A stretch of 64,000 nucleotides of DNA, taken from the NCBI GenBank assembly GCA_002773535.1, contig PFAZ01000009.1, forward strand, positions 34,739 to 98,738. Direction: 5' to 3'. The translations under genes were made by a program, and so were the position numbers. Below the pieces are notes generated by a model. That model made no database searches, was not told the origin of the DNA, and worked only from the letters and a program-made list of their open reading frames with translations. This stretch comes from Candidatus Harrisonbacteria bacterium CG10_big_fil_rev_8_21_14_0_10_40_38. Its GTDB lineage: Bacteria > Patescibacteriota > Minisyncoccia > UBA6257 > 1-14-0-10-40-38. Shown in pieces: positions 1-9,075 of this stretch. Positions within the stretch are counted from its first letter, which is position 1, and each line of letters opens with the position of its first letter.

Positions 1-770
1 TCGCCTCTGAATTTTGTGCCTGCGATAAGCGAACCTAAATCAAGCATGATAATCTCTTTGCCTTTTAGAGTTTCCGGCACTTCTCCAGATATAATTCTTT
101 GAGCTAGACCTTCTACAATAGCGGTTTTACCCACTCCCGGTTCACCAATGAGAACTGGATTGTTTTTTGTTCTTCTTGAAAGAACCTGTATCACACGTCT
201 CAATTCATCCTCTCTGCCAATAACCGGATCCAATTTTCCGGCACGAGCTTTTTCGGTTAGGTTTATTGCGTATTTTTCTAATACTTGAAATTTTGACTCA
301 GGAGTTTCATCGGTAATCCTCATCGATCCTCTTAGTTGAGCAAGGATCCTGAATGCTATTTCTTTTTTGAGTCCAAAGCTTTCGAGAAGTGTTTTTGCAC
401 TTGATTGAACATTGAGAATCGAAAGTAGTAAGTGCTCACATGACACAAATTCATCTTTTTGAGATACAGCAATTTTTCCAGCACCCTCTAGAATGTGCAT
501 TAATTCCTGAGAAAGATATAACTGACTGACTGATGTGCTGCCAAATATTTTTGGGAGCTTATCCATTTCCTCCTCGATGGATTTGTCTAAATCCTCAAGG
601 TTGATGCCTGACTTTATAAGAAGTGGCCTTACCAGCGACTGCTCGTCCGCAATGAGACTTGATAAAAGGTGAATAGCTCTGAATTCGCCATGATTTTTTT
701 GAGCTGCAATATCTTGTGCATTTTGAAGCGCCTCCTGTGCTTTAATTGTAAACTTGTGAAAATTTCTCAT
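1..770 (-). CDS. clpB: ATP-dependent chaperone ClpB (5' part; runs off the window start)
   Basis: Not in the ORF track. Manual minus-strand translation from ATG at 770 gives [19 protein letters not shown]...[48 protein letters not shown], i.e. Clp-N repeats and the NBD1 Walker A. Confidence 0.9.
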   Translation of the reverse strand, partial: MRNFHKFTIKAQEALQNAQDIAAQKNHGEFRAIHLLSSLIADEQSLVRPLLIKSGINLEDLDKSIEEEMDKLPKIFGSTSVSQLYLSQELMHILEGAGKIAVSQKDEFVSCEHLLLSILNVQSSAKTLLESFGLKKEIAFRILAQLRGSMRITDETPESKFQVLEKYAINLTEKARAGKLDPVIGREDELRRVIQVLSRRTKNNPVLIGEPGVGKTAIVEGLAQRIISGEVPETLKGKEIIMLDLGSLIAGTKFRG

Positions 771-808
771 TTTAAAATTAAATTTACTGACAACCTAAGC
801 TTAGACTA

Positions 809-835
809 TTGGCAATCTATGGTCAAGAGTGCTAA
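809..835 (-). promoter_or_regulatory. CIRCE element (HrcA operator) overlapping the clpB promoter
   Basis: Minus strand TTAGCACTC-N9-GATTGCCAA versus consensus TTAGCACTC-N9-GAGTGCTAA. The spacer holds a -35 box TTGACC, with TAAGCT 17 nt downstream. Confidence 0.85.
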
Positions 836-843
836 AAAATAGG

Positions 844-2094
844 CTATGGGCGCGCTTCTAGTTTTACTGAAATTTCCTGCTTTTTCCCCTCTCTTAAAAT
901 AGATAACCTAACAACATCACCGACATTATGCTTTTGTATGATTCCGAGCAAGGTTTTGGTTTCTGTGATTTTTTCGCTATTGATGGCTGTTATTATGTCC
1001 TCTGTTTTTAGACCGGCTTTTGCGGCTGGAGAGTTTGAAACTATCGCAGGTCCGTCTTCACCTCCGCGAACGAGAGCTCCTTCGCTTACCGGCAAATTTT
1101 CTTTTTCGCTTAGTTCTTTTGAAATTTGAATATATCTGACTCCAAGATAAGGAACTGAAATTTTGCCGGTTTTTTCAACTGACTCTAAAGCTCTTTTTGC
1201 CTGATTAATTGGTATTGCGAAACCGATGTTTTCTGCATTTCTGGCAACTGCCGTATTTATTGCAATAACCTCACCTTTAAGATTAAGAAGCGGCCCACCA
1301 GAATTTCCCGGATTTATTGCCGCATCCGTTTGGATTAACCCCTCTAAGTGTTCAATCCCATCACTTCCACTTGCCTCAATGGATCTCGCAAGACCGGAAA
1401 TGATACCCACAGAAACCGTATTTCGGAATTCTCCGAGAGCATTGCCGATTGCTATAGCGGTCTGCCCAAGCCTTACCGAATCAGAATCGCCGAGATTTAC
1501 TGTTGGTAGATTTTTGGAATCGGTTTTTATTTTTACAATGGCTATGTCCTGAACCGGGTCTAGCGCCAGGACCGTTGCCGGATATTTTTCTCCATCGTTT
1601 GTAAGGACTGTATATGAAGCACTTTCATCGCTTACAACATGCTTATTTGTGATAACAAGACCATCTTCGGAAACAATAAATCCAGATCCGCCGCCAATTT
1701 CCTGCTCTTTTGTACCGTTTTGACACGGTCTTTGAAATTTAAGGTTTCCAAAAAAGTCCTGAAATTCAGGTGGGAGATCGCCAAACGGGTTATAGGGGCA
1801 ATTTTCAATAATCGGTAAATCCTTTGATACGATTATTGAAATAACTGCATCAGAGTTTTTATCAATAGCGTTTACTATTGAGTCCTCATAAACATTATCC
1901 GATTTATAAAGCTCGGTTTTTTCAATATTATTTTCTGTTTTTGTTACAGATTCGCTTTGTGTTACCCGTATTTTATTTATTATGTCGTCTAAAATATTTG
2001 CATGGGCGCTATTTTTAACAGTTCCCAGCAAAAACCCGGCAAGTAGGGCAACGCTAATAAAAAAGAAAGCTTTTGTTGAATTATTTTTTATCAT
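844..2094 (-). CDS. htrA: HtrA/DegP-family serine protease with PDZ domain
   Basis: GSGFIV, TNKHVV, QTDAAINPGNSGGPL, C-terminal PDZ, N-terminal TM/signal. Likely start is ATG 2094. Confidence 0.92.
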   Translation of the reverse strand: MIKNNSTKAFFFISVALLAGFLLGTVKNSAHANILDDIINKIRVTQSESVTKTENNIEKTELYKSDNVYEDSIVNAIDKNSDAVISIIVSKDLPIIENCPYNPFGDLPPEFQDFFGNLKFQRPCQNGTKEQEIGGGSGFIVSEDGLVITNKHVVSDESASYTVLTNDGEKYPATVLALDPVQDIAIVKIKTDSKNLPTVNLGDSDSVRLGQTAIAIGNALGEFRNTVSVGIISGLARSIEASGSDGIEHLEGLIQTDAAINPGNSGGPLLNLKGEVIAINTAVARNAENIGFAIPINQAKRALESVEKTGKISVPYLGVRYIQISKELSEKENLPVSEGALVRGGEDGPAIVSNSPAAKAGLKTEDIITAINSEKITETKTLLGIIQKHNVGDVVRLSILREGKKQEISVKLEARP

Positions 2095-2120
2095 AACAAT
2101 ATTGAATACGCTTATTGGAT

Positions 2121-3299
2121 TCAATTTGTTACCTTTTTTATATCAGTAAGAGCTTTTAGTGTTTTTTTAATATCACTCTCGGTTGTTTGTCTGCCAAGAG
2201 TAAATCTTATTGATTTTTCTGCTTTTTCTTTTGGGAGCCCAATTGCCTTTAGTACGTGTGATGGCTTCATTGACCTTGTAGAACATGCTGATCCCGCGGA
2301 AGATATAATTCCCCTTCTATCTAATTGAATAAGCATTTCTTCGGATTTAATAAATGGAATATATACGTTTAAGAAATTTGGCAGAGATTTTTTTAGATCC
2401 CCATTTATTTCTGCTTTTTTTTCGATTTTTTTAATACCAGCCCAAAGTTTATTTCTTAATTTTGAAAGCCGTGCTGATTCTGATTTTGATTTCTTGTGCG
2501 AAATTTCAGCAGCTTTTCCAAACCCTAATATGCCTATAATATTTTCTGTTCCGGATCTCATCCCAAATTCTTGCCCGCCTCCTGTTAGAATTGGCTTGAT
2601 TATTTCTTTCCCGTTATTTTTTTTTACAACAAGGGCACCTATACCTTTGGGTCCGTATATTTTGTGAGATGACAGAGTAATCATGTCCGCGCCACATTCT
2701 TTGAGAATTTCTGGGTTAAATTGAAATCCCTGAACCGCATCTGTGTGAAATAGTGGGAAATCATTTTTTTTTCTGAAGCCGGTTATCAGTTTTGAAATTT
2801 CTCTAACTGGCTCGATTGTCCCTATTTCGTTATTTGCATACATTATAGAGACAACAGCGGTTTCTTTAGTGATTAAATTTTTAAGTTGACTTATATCAAT
2901 AACGCCATCGTTTTTTACAGGAATTATTTTCAAATCAATCAAGCCCTCACGTTCCATATCGCGAGCAGTCTCAAGAATTGATTCATGCTCAATATCGGAA
3001 ACAATAACCCTTGGCCTTTCTTTCTTTTGATAAGAATATTTTTTTACAGCGCCCCTTAGCGCAAGATTATTTGCCTCTGTGGCTCCACTTGTATAGATAA
3101 TCTCCTCATAATTTACACCGAGCATGTCGGAGAGTTTTCTTCTAGATTCAAAAATAAGCCTTGATGCCTCCTGCCCGATTGAGTGAGTTGATCCCGGATT
3201 GCCAAAAATGCTGTATTTTTCTCCAAAATACCTTTGAACAACCGGATCTATCGGCGTGGTTGAAGCATAATCTAGGTATATTGTCTGTTTTTTTGTCAT
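2121..3299 (-). CDS. iscS: Cysteine desulfurase (IscS/NifS family)
   Basis: IYLDYASTTP, TSGATEANN, SSHKIYGPKG (PLP Lys), SAGSACS (catalytic Cys). Confidence 0.92.
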   Translation of the reverse strand: MTKKQTIYLDYASTTPIDPVVQRYFGEKYSIFGNPGSTHSIGQEASRLIFESRRKLSDMLGVNYEEIIYTSGATEANNLALRGAVKKYSYQKKERPRVIVSDIEHESILETARDMEREGLIDLKIIPVKNDGVIDISQLKNLITKETAVVSIMYANNEIGTIEPVREISKLITGFRKKNDFPLFHTDAVQGFQFNPEILKECGADMITLSSHKIYGPKGIGALVVKKNNGKEIIKPILTGGGQEFGMRSGTENIIGILGFGKAAEISHKKSKSESARLSKLRNKLWAGIKKIEKKAEINGDLKKSLPNFLNVYIPFIKSEEMLIQLDRRGIISSAGSACSTRSMKPSHVLKAIGLPKEKAEKSIRFTLGRQTTESDIKKTLKALTDIKKVTN

Positions 3300-3354
3300 A
3301 TTGTTAAAACACAATGTGTGCTCGTATACGTTTCATATTGTATAATTTACGGTA

Positions 3355-5280
3355 ATGAAAACGAAATATTGGTTTTGGTTCTGGAAAACTTTTTTGGGAC
3401 CAAGCCGACTTCGAAAAAGGTTTGTCCAAACTTTTTTATTTGCTGGGCTTATACCGCTGGTTCTTATGGGAGCAGTCAGCTTTTATTTGGTGAGACTCAC
3501 TCACCAACAGGATGTTTCTGCGTTAGAGCAGAATATCTCAAACCAGGTTGCCACAGAAATAAAAAGGAATCTTGATGTGGCGGGGTCAATACTAGAACTA
3601 AGGGCAATATTTGATAACTTTGCACCTATTGCCTTTGATCAACAGTCATTAATTTTAGAAGATGTTTTCCGAGCTCTCCCACCGCTTGTTGAAGCTTCGT
3701 TTATATGCACAACGCCATTGCATTGCTCTGTCGGAGTTGAAACGAGTAGATGGGTAAGAAAAGGAAATGAAGCGCAACCGGAGCTAGAACTAAGAAACAG
3801 AATAAATGATCCTCAATTTGCAGCAGTGAGAGGAAGCGAGGGCAGATCGTTTGGCGAACCAATAAAAACCGCTGATGGAAAATTTGTGATTCCATTTGCT
3901 GCTCCTGTTTTTAATAAAAATAGTGAGGTTATAGCAATACTTGCGGCTTGGCTTGATTTATCAGGACTTGTGCAAGATATAGTTGCAAATGCAAATCTTG
4001 GACAGACAGGGTACGTTTATGCCGTAATGACTGACGGCACAATAGTGGCACATAGAGATCCGTCCCTTGTTGGGGAGACAATAAAAAACACCCCTATAAG
4101 ACAGGCTCTTGATTTAAACGACAACGCACCGGTAACACAAAACACGTATGAAAGCCTTACGGGTGTTTCTGTGAGTGGATCACTTAGCACGGTTCCTGAT
4201 ACAGCGCTTGCTGTTGTGGCAGAATGGCCAAAAACTGAAACTCAGGCCCTTATTGATACGATCATTTTACAAATTTTAACTTTTGCTTTTATAAGCTTTT
4301 TCCTTTTGGCTATTATTTCGAGCTGGATGGCTCTAAAACTCATAGAACCAATTGCGCAACTTAGAATAGGAACGAGTATTATCGGCGGAGGAAATTTCGA
4401 CTATCAGGTCCATATAAATACGGGTGATGAACTTGAAGATCTTGGTAAAAACCTTAACCGCATGGCTCAAAATCTAAAAGGATTGGAAGAGGTAAATAAA
4501 CTTCGCCTTAGGACAGAGTTGCTTTCTGAAAGCCTTAGAAAAGAAAGGGAGGTGTCAAAACTCAAGGATCAATTTATAACAACGGTATCGCATCAATTTA
4601 ATACACCACTTTCTGTAATTAACTGGTCTCTTGATACACTTCGTGATCCAAAATCAACACAAGAACAGATAAAAGAAACTACTGAAGTAATTTATAAGAG
4701 TCAGAGGGATATTGCTGCAATTGTTGCCGACCTACTTACGCTTTCTGAAATTGGTTTTAGATATCAAAAAGATAGAGTAAAACAAATAGACATTGCGGCG
4801 CTTGCGGATAAGGTTCTTGAAGAATTTCAAGATGCATTAAAAATCAAGAAAATAACCGCGCAGGTCACAAGATCGGGAGACACTATTGCGGAGGTAAATG
4901 AATTTACGATGCGAAAAGTAATTGAAAACTTGGTAGACAATGCTATCGCGTATTCAAATGAAGGAGGTGTTGTAACAATATCCATTGAAGGGGCTGGAAC
5001 AAACTTGAACCTAAACGTCTCTGATCATGGAATCGGAATACCAAAAGATGAACAACCTCTCATATTTCAACAGTTCTTTAGGGCAAAAAATGCCATAGCA
5101 AAGAAAAATGTTGGAACTGGTCTAGGGCTTTTTATAACAAAAAGTATAGTGGCGGGTCATGGGGGGAAAATATCTTTTACGTCTTCTGAAAATCAGGGAA
5201 CGATGTTTTTTGTGACTATTCCTAAAAAAGCCACTATAGAACAAACACCTCCGGTAAAACCTGAACTCAAAAAATCATAA
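3355..5280 (+). CDS. Sensor histidine kinase (TM-Cache-TM-HAMP-HisKA-HATPase)
   Basis: Two TMs, Cache-like GYVYAV..DGTIVAH, HAMP DELEDLGKNLNRM, H-box VSHQFNTPL, NLVDNAI, DHGIGI, GTGLGL. Confidence 0.9.
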   Translation: MKTKYWFWFWKTFLGPSRLRKRFVQTFLFAGLIPLVLMGAVSFYLVRLTHQQDVSALEQNISNQVATEIKRNLDVAGSILELRAIFDNFAPIAFDQQSLILEDVFRALPPLVEASFICTTPLHCSVGVETSRWVRKGNEAQPELELRNRINDPQFAAVRGSEGRSFGEPIKTADGKFVIPFAAPVFNKNSEVIAILAAWLDLSGLVQDIVANANLGQTGYVYAVMTDGTIVAHRDPSLVGETIKNTPIRQALDLNDNAPVTQNTYESLTGVSVSGSLSTVPDTALAVVAEWPKTETQALIDTIILQILTFAFISFFLLAIISSWMALKLIEPIAQLRIGTSIIGGGNFDYQVHINTGDELEDLGKNLNRMAQNLKGLEEVNKLRLRTELLSESLRKEREVSKLKDQFITTVSHQFNTPLSVINWSLDTLRDPKSTQEQIKETTEVIYKSQRDIAAIVADLLTLSEIGFRYQKDRVKQIDIAALADKVLEEFQDALKIKKITAQVTRSGDTIAEVNEFTMRKVIENLVDNAIAYSNEGGVVTISIEGAGTNLNLNVSDHGIGIPKDEQPLIFQQFFRAKNAIAKKNVGTGLGLFITKSIVAGHGGKISFTSSENQGTMFFVTIPKKATIEQTPPVKPELKKS

Positions 5281-5348
5281 GCGACTTAGATTATTTGCAT
5301 AATTCTTTATTTCGGTTTAGTCTCCTTTTAACGCTCATTTAGTGGAAC

Positions 5349-5885
5349 GTGAACAGAGAGAAACTAAACATCTTAGAGGAGCGCCTCGAAGGAAAAAATT
5401 CGCACCGACTCAAGTTTACAAATTCCTTGGGTGTTTCTCTTTCTACAAATGAAGTTGTTTTTGAGATGGTGAAGTTCATGGCGGCTAATACCACGAAGCC
5501 GTATAAGGTAACCATTGGCTCTGATTCTCAAATTTATAAAAATCTGACTACAGATTTTGTGAGCGCTATAGTGGTGCATAGAATCGGGAATGGTGGGAGA
5601 TACTTTTGGAGAAGGATTGTTTCAAAAAAGAAATTCTATAGCCTACACGATAGGATGCTTGAGGAAGTGATGTTATCACTTTCCGTGGCAAAAGAATTTT
5701 TAGCAGAGTGCGAAAGAGAAAATATTCCTCAGTTTGATTTTGAAATACATGTTGATATTGGCTCGGTTGGTGAAACAAACACAATGATTCAGGAACTTGT
5801 CGGTATGATCCGAGCACATAATTTTGAGGCTAAAACAAAACCTGAGAGTTATGCGGCTTCGAATATTGCTGATAGACGCGTTTAA
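5349..5885 (+). CDS. RNase H-like YkuK/DUF458 family protein
   Basis: IGSDSQ, AIVVHRIGNGGRYF, EIHVDIG, KPESYAASNIADR motifs. Confidence 0.8.
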   Translation: MNREKLNILEERLEGKNSHRLKFTNSLGVSLSTNEVVFEMVKFMAANTTKPYKVTIGSDSQIYKNLTTDFVSAIVVHRIGNGGRYFWRRIVSKKKFYSLHDRMLEEVMLSLSVAKEFLAECERENIPQFDFEIHVDIGSVGETNTMIQELVGMIRAHNFEAKTKPESYAASNIADRRV

Positions 5886-5894
5886 TTTGGTTTT

Positions 5895-6458
5895 ATGGAC
5901 AAATTAGTTATAGATATAGAAACATCAAATACGTTTGCAGATGTCGGAGGTCATAGAAATGTGGCTGATCTTTCTGTTTCCCTCGTGGGAATATATTCGT
6001 ATTCAAACGATAAATTTCATGCTTTTTATGAACACAATCTTGCTGATGCAGCTCCCCTTTTACAGTCTTGTGGTTTGCTAATTGGCTTTGCGATAAATAG
6101 GTTTGACGTGCCGGTTTTAAATAAACATTATCCGTTTAATCTTTTTTCGCTTCAGAGACTTGATTTACTTGATGAGATTGAGCTTTCGAGTGGAAGAAGA
6201 ATTAGTTTAAATATTTTGGCGAAGGCTAATTTAGGGGTTGAAAAAACTCACCATAGCCTTGAAGCAATTGATTTATACAGAGATGGAAAGTTTGACGAGT
6301 TAAGAGATTATTGTCTTACTGACGTGAAAATAACTAGGGATTTGTACGAACTCGCAAAAAAACAGGGATATTTAATCGTTCCTGATAAATTTTCAAACGA
6401 ACCACAAAAAATCGAACTCTCTTGGGAAGAACAAGCTTTCCCCGCAACTCTTTTTTAG
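5895..6458 (+). CDS. DEDD-type RNase H-fold 3'-5' exonuclease (RNase_H_2/YprB-like)
   Basis: VIDIET (Exo I), GFAINRFD (Exo II), YCLTDV (Exo III). Confidence 0.8.
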   Translation: MDKLVIDIETSNTFADVGGHRNVADLSVSLVGIYSYSNDKFHAFYEHNLADAAPLLQSCGLLIGFAINRFDVPVLNKHYPFNLFSLQRLDLLDEIELSSGRRISLNILAKANLGVEKTHHSLEAIDLYRDGKFDELRDYCLTDVKITRDLYELAKKQGYLIVPDKFSNEPQKIELSWEEQAFPATLF

Positions 6459-7375
6459 TTTTTTATATAACCTTCCAATCTCTTAACTCCTTCTTTTAAC
6501 ACCTCTTCTTTTTTTGCTTCGACGTTTAGGCGAAGGAGGTTTTCTGTGTTTGATGGCCTTACACTAAACCACCACATATTTTCTCCTTCACCACATTCAA
6601 TACGAATGCCGTCCAAGTTGTTTGAATTTTTTATTTCGCTTATAAAAGCGTTTTGAATTTTTTCTATTATTATCTGCTTGTCGCTGACTTTGTAATTTGT
6701 TTCTGGGATTCTATAGGTTTTGAGGGATGATTTTTCCCACTCGCTTAGACTCGTGTTTTTTTCTTTTAATTTACTTAGAGCATTTAACATACTCATTGAA
6801 GCGCGCAGACCTGAATCGGCATATAAAAAATCTTTAAAATAATAATGACCGGAAACTTCAGCGCCAAAGGCAATATCTTTTTCTCTCATCATTTTTTTTA
6901 TGAAGTAGTGGCCTACGCGACAGTCTATAACAGATCTATTATTTTCTTTTAGCCATTCTCTAATTGGATAGCCGCTTCGAACATCTATGATTACCGGTCC
7001 ATTAAACTCTAATGCAATGAGTATGGCTGCTTTGTCGGGGTGAATTTCATCGCCTTTGTTATCTATAAAAAAAACCCTGTCCTCGTCAGCGTCTACAATG
7101 ATGCCTATGTCTGCATTTTGTTTTTTTACTTCTTGTTTTAAACCCTCCATCGCGCCTTCTTTTAGGGGGTTGGGGCCATGAGCGGAAAAATTAGGGTCGG
7201 GTGTTTCGTTTATTAAAATTATCTCTAAATTGTTTGGATTGAGGTTTTTTAGCTCTTCAAGAACGATGCCTGCTGTACCGTTTGATAAATCAAAAACCGC
7301 TTTTATCTTACTTGTCAGATTTAACCGACTTTGTAGAAATTTTGCATATTCTTTTGTGTAGTTTGTGTTGTTCAT
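6455..7375 (-). CDS. Phosphomannomutase/phosphoglucomutase, C-terminal half (domains II-IV)
   Basis: FDLSNGTAG, DPNF..HGPNP, metal loop DADEDR, GAEVSGH, RPSNTE; lacks domain I. Confidence 0.88.
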   Translation of the reverse strand: MNNTNYTKEYAKFLQSRLNLTSKIKAVFDLSNGTAGIVLEELKNLNPNNLEIILINETPDPNFSAHGPNPLKEGAMEGLKQEVKKQNADIGIIVDADEDRVFFIDNKGDEIHPDKAAILIALEFNGPVIIDVRSGYPIREWLKENNRSVIDCRVGHYFIKKMMREKDIAFGAEVSGHYYFKDFLYADSGLRASMSMLNALSKLKEKNTSLSEWEKSSLKTYRIPETNYKVSDKQIIIEKIQNAFISEIKNSNNLDGIRIECGEGENMWWFSVRPSNTENLLRLNVEAKKEEVLKEGVKRLEGYIKN

Positions 7376-7531
7376 ATCTTGAGTCAAGTATATCAATATT
7401 TGCCGTGGCTGTGCCTACCCCTTTACATATTTATTTATTTGGTGCTATGTTTTTTGTAGTTCTTGTTGGCTTCTTGGCTATACAAGTTTTCATGTTCATT
7501 GATAAAACCTAAGCCTCATGGAGGGCTTGTC

Positions 7532-8122
7532 GTGAGAATAACTCAAATATTGATTCTTGTTGTTTTTGTCGTTTGTGGTGTTTGTTTTTTTAACGGCCTT
7601 AAGACAAGGCGAATACCCGAAACAAAAAAGGAGGAATATCGCGAACTTCCTGTAACAGAGGTGGTGGGCGCGCCCACAAACGAGGAGGAGAGCAGGGTCG
7701 CCGTTCCTTTGGATGAGCCTGTGGTGGCAAAGAGTGAAGTGACTACCAATAATGAGGAGCAAAAAAAAGAAACCTTTCAAAATGATGAAATGGAAAGACG
7801 AGCTTATCTCATTGACGAGTGCAAAGCTGCTCTCAAATCTATCACGACTGAGAGCCTTGATGCATTCAATAATTCGGGTAGTGAAGAAGAATCGAAAGCG
7901 CAGCTGCGAAGATTTGATGATATGAAGAATGCGACATTGTGGGGATATTTCCCTTGGGCGCCGTCGATTGTGGAACAGAGAAGGTATGTTCTGTTAACTG
8001 GAAAGTACCCTCTTATTTCTAGTGAATTTAGGGAGTTGGAGAATAATTGCTTCAGTGATGCTGAGGCATGGGGAACTCTCAAACAGAAGATCGAAAACCT
8101 CAAACAGGAGAACAAAGAATGA
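7532..8122 (+). CDS. Hypothetical membrane-anchored protein (insert between the PMM halves)
   Basis: GGAGG upstream of GTG 7532, N-terminal TM helix, ATGA overlap with the next gene. Confidence 0.65.
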   Translation: MRITQILILVVFVVCGVCFFNGLKTRRIPETKKEEYRELPVTEVVGAPTNEEESRVAVPLDEPVVAKSEVTTNNEEQKKETFQNDEMERRAYLIDECKAALKSITTESLDAFNNSGSEEESKAQLRRFDDMKNATLWGYFPWAPSIVEQRRYVLLTGKYPLISSEFRELENNCFSDAEAWGTLKQKIENLKQENKE

Positions 8123-8568
8123 AAATTGCTCACCGGTTCGCTTCCCTCTCCATCGTTCTTTCCATCTTCTTCGCCCTCACGCCCATTCTTCGGGCTGATG
8201 ACGGCCTCAAGGGAAAGAGTGTTTCCTACACCGGAAACGCAATTACCTTCACCGTGTCGTTCGGTCCGGAGGTCAACGGAACCTCGACTGCCCTCATCTC
8301 TGGAACGATTGATGGCAAAGACTTCGTTGCCGCTGCGTGGGTGCGTCAACTGGACGACGGCATGTTGGCGCTGTGTTCGGCGCCGGGGTCGGATGAACTG
8401 CCAGTGATCGAGGTAGGCGATCCTCCAAGGGTGAAGAAATACCGCTTTAACCCATGGATCGATCCGACTGAATTCGGTCAGGATGAGCCCTTTCCCGGCG
8501 GAGGTGTTCAAGACGTAGGAAATCGAGGTCCCGTGAGGTACCGACCTTTAAGAGGGAGGAGTACGTAG
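8119..8568 (+). CDS. Hypothetical secreted protein (insert, visibly GC-richer than its neighbours)
   Basis: AGGAG upstream of ATG 8119; signal peptide MKIAHRFASLSIVLSIFFALTPILRA. Confidence 0.65.
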   Translation: MKIAHRFASLSIVLSIFFALTPILRADDGLKGKSVSYTGNAITFTVSFGPEVNGTSTALISGTIDGKDFVAAAWVRQLDDGMLALCSAPGSDELPVIEVGDPPRVKKYRFNPWIDPTEFGQDEPFPGGGVQDVGNRGPVRYRPLRGRST

Positions 8569-8597
8569 AAAAAGCGTGTCGTGTACTGCGGTTTCTG

Positions 8598-8640
8598 CAG
8601 GCGAGTAATTGTATTTTTACTTTACTCGCCTGTTTTTTTT
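8598..8640 (+). terminator. Intrinsic terminator of the insert operon
   Basis: CAGGCGAGTAA...TTACTCGCCTG followed by a T run; overlaps the stop codon of the PMM N-half on the other strand. Confidence 0.7.
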
Positions 8641-9017
8641 ATAAGACTTAATATCTCCGTGCCGCTCACCGGTATGGCATTTTTTTCTACAACTTTACAA
8701 CCATTAAATTCAGGCGGGTTATGAGAAGCCGTTATCATAACACCACCTTCAGCATCCAGCTTGCCTACTAAAAAATAAAGCATGGGCGTTGTAGAGAGGC
8801 CTATTTCTATGACTTCTCTAACACCTACTTTTTTAAGGCCACTGACCATTGATTCTGATAGGCTTTTTGAACCGTTTCTTGCATCAAAACCGACAATGAT
8901 GCGGTTTTTTCCAATTCTTTCTGGGAGGGAGTTTCCGATTTTTTCCACAACTTCTTCATCTATTTCAGTTGGATAAATGCCTCTTATGTCGTAAGCTTTA
9001 AAAATATTTTCATTCAT
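8622..9017 (-). CDS. Phosphomannomutase/phosphoglucomutase, N-terminal half (domain I)
   Basis: IFKAYDIRG, VGFDAR, STTPML, catalytic ITASHNPPEFNG. Confidence 0.88.
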   Translation of the reverse strand: MNENIFKAYDIRGIYPTEIDEEVVEKIGNSLPERIGKNRIIVGFDARNGSKSLSESMVSGLKKVGVREVIEIGLSTTPMLYFLVGKLDAEGGVMITASHNPPEFNGCKVVEKNAIPVSGTEILSLIKKTGE

Positions 9018-9075
9018 TATCTCTATTTTAGCTCGGGTATGCTAAAAAGAGTAGAATACGGCTATAATTATATAT

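Noticed and set aside
7804-8511. 235-aa - strand ORF inside the PMM insert
   Set aside because: Antisense to two coupled + strand genes with SDs and signal sequences; no PMM, intein or intron features that could rejoin the halves.
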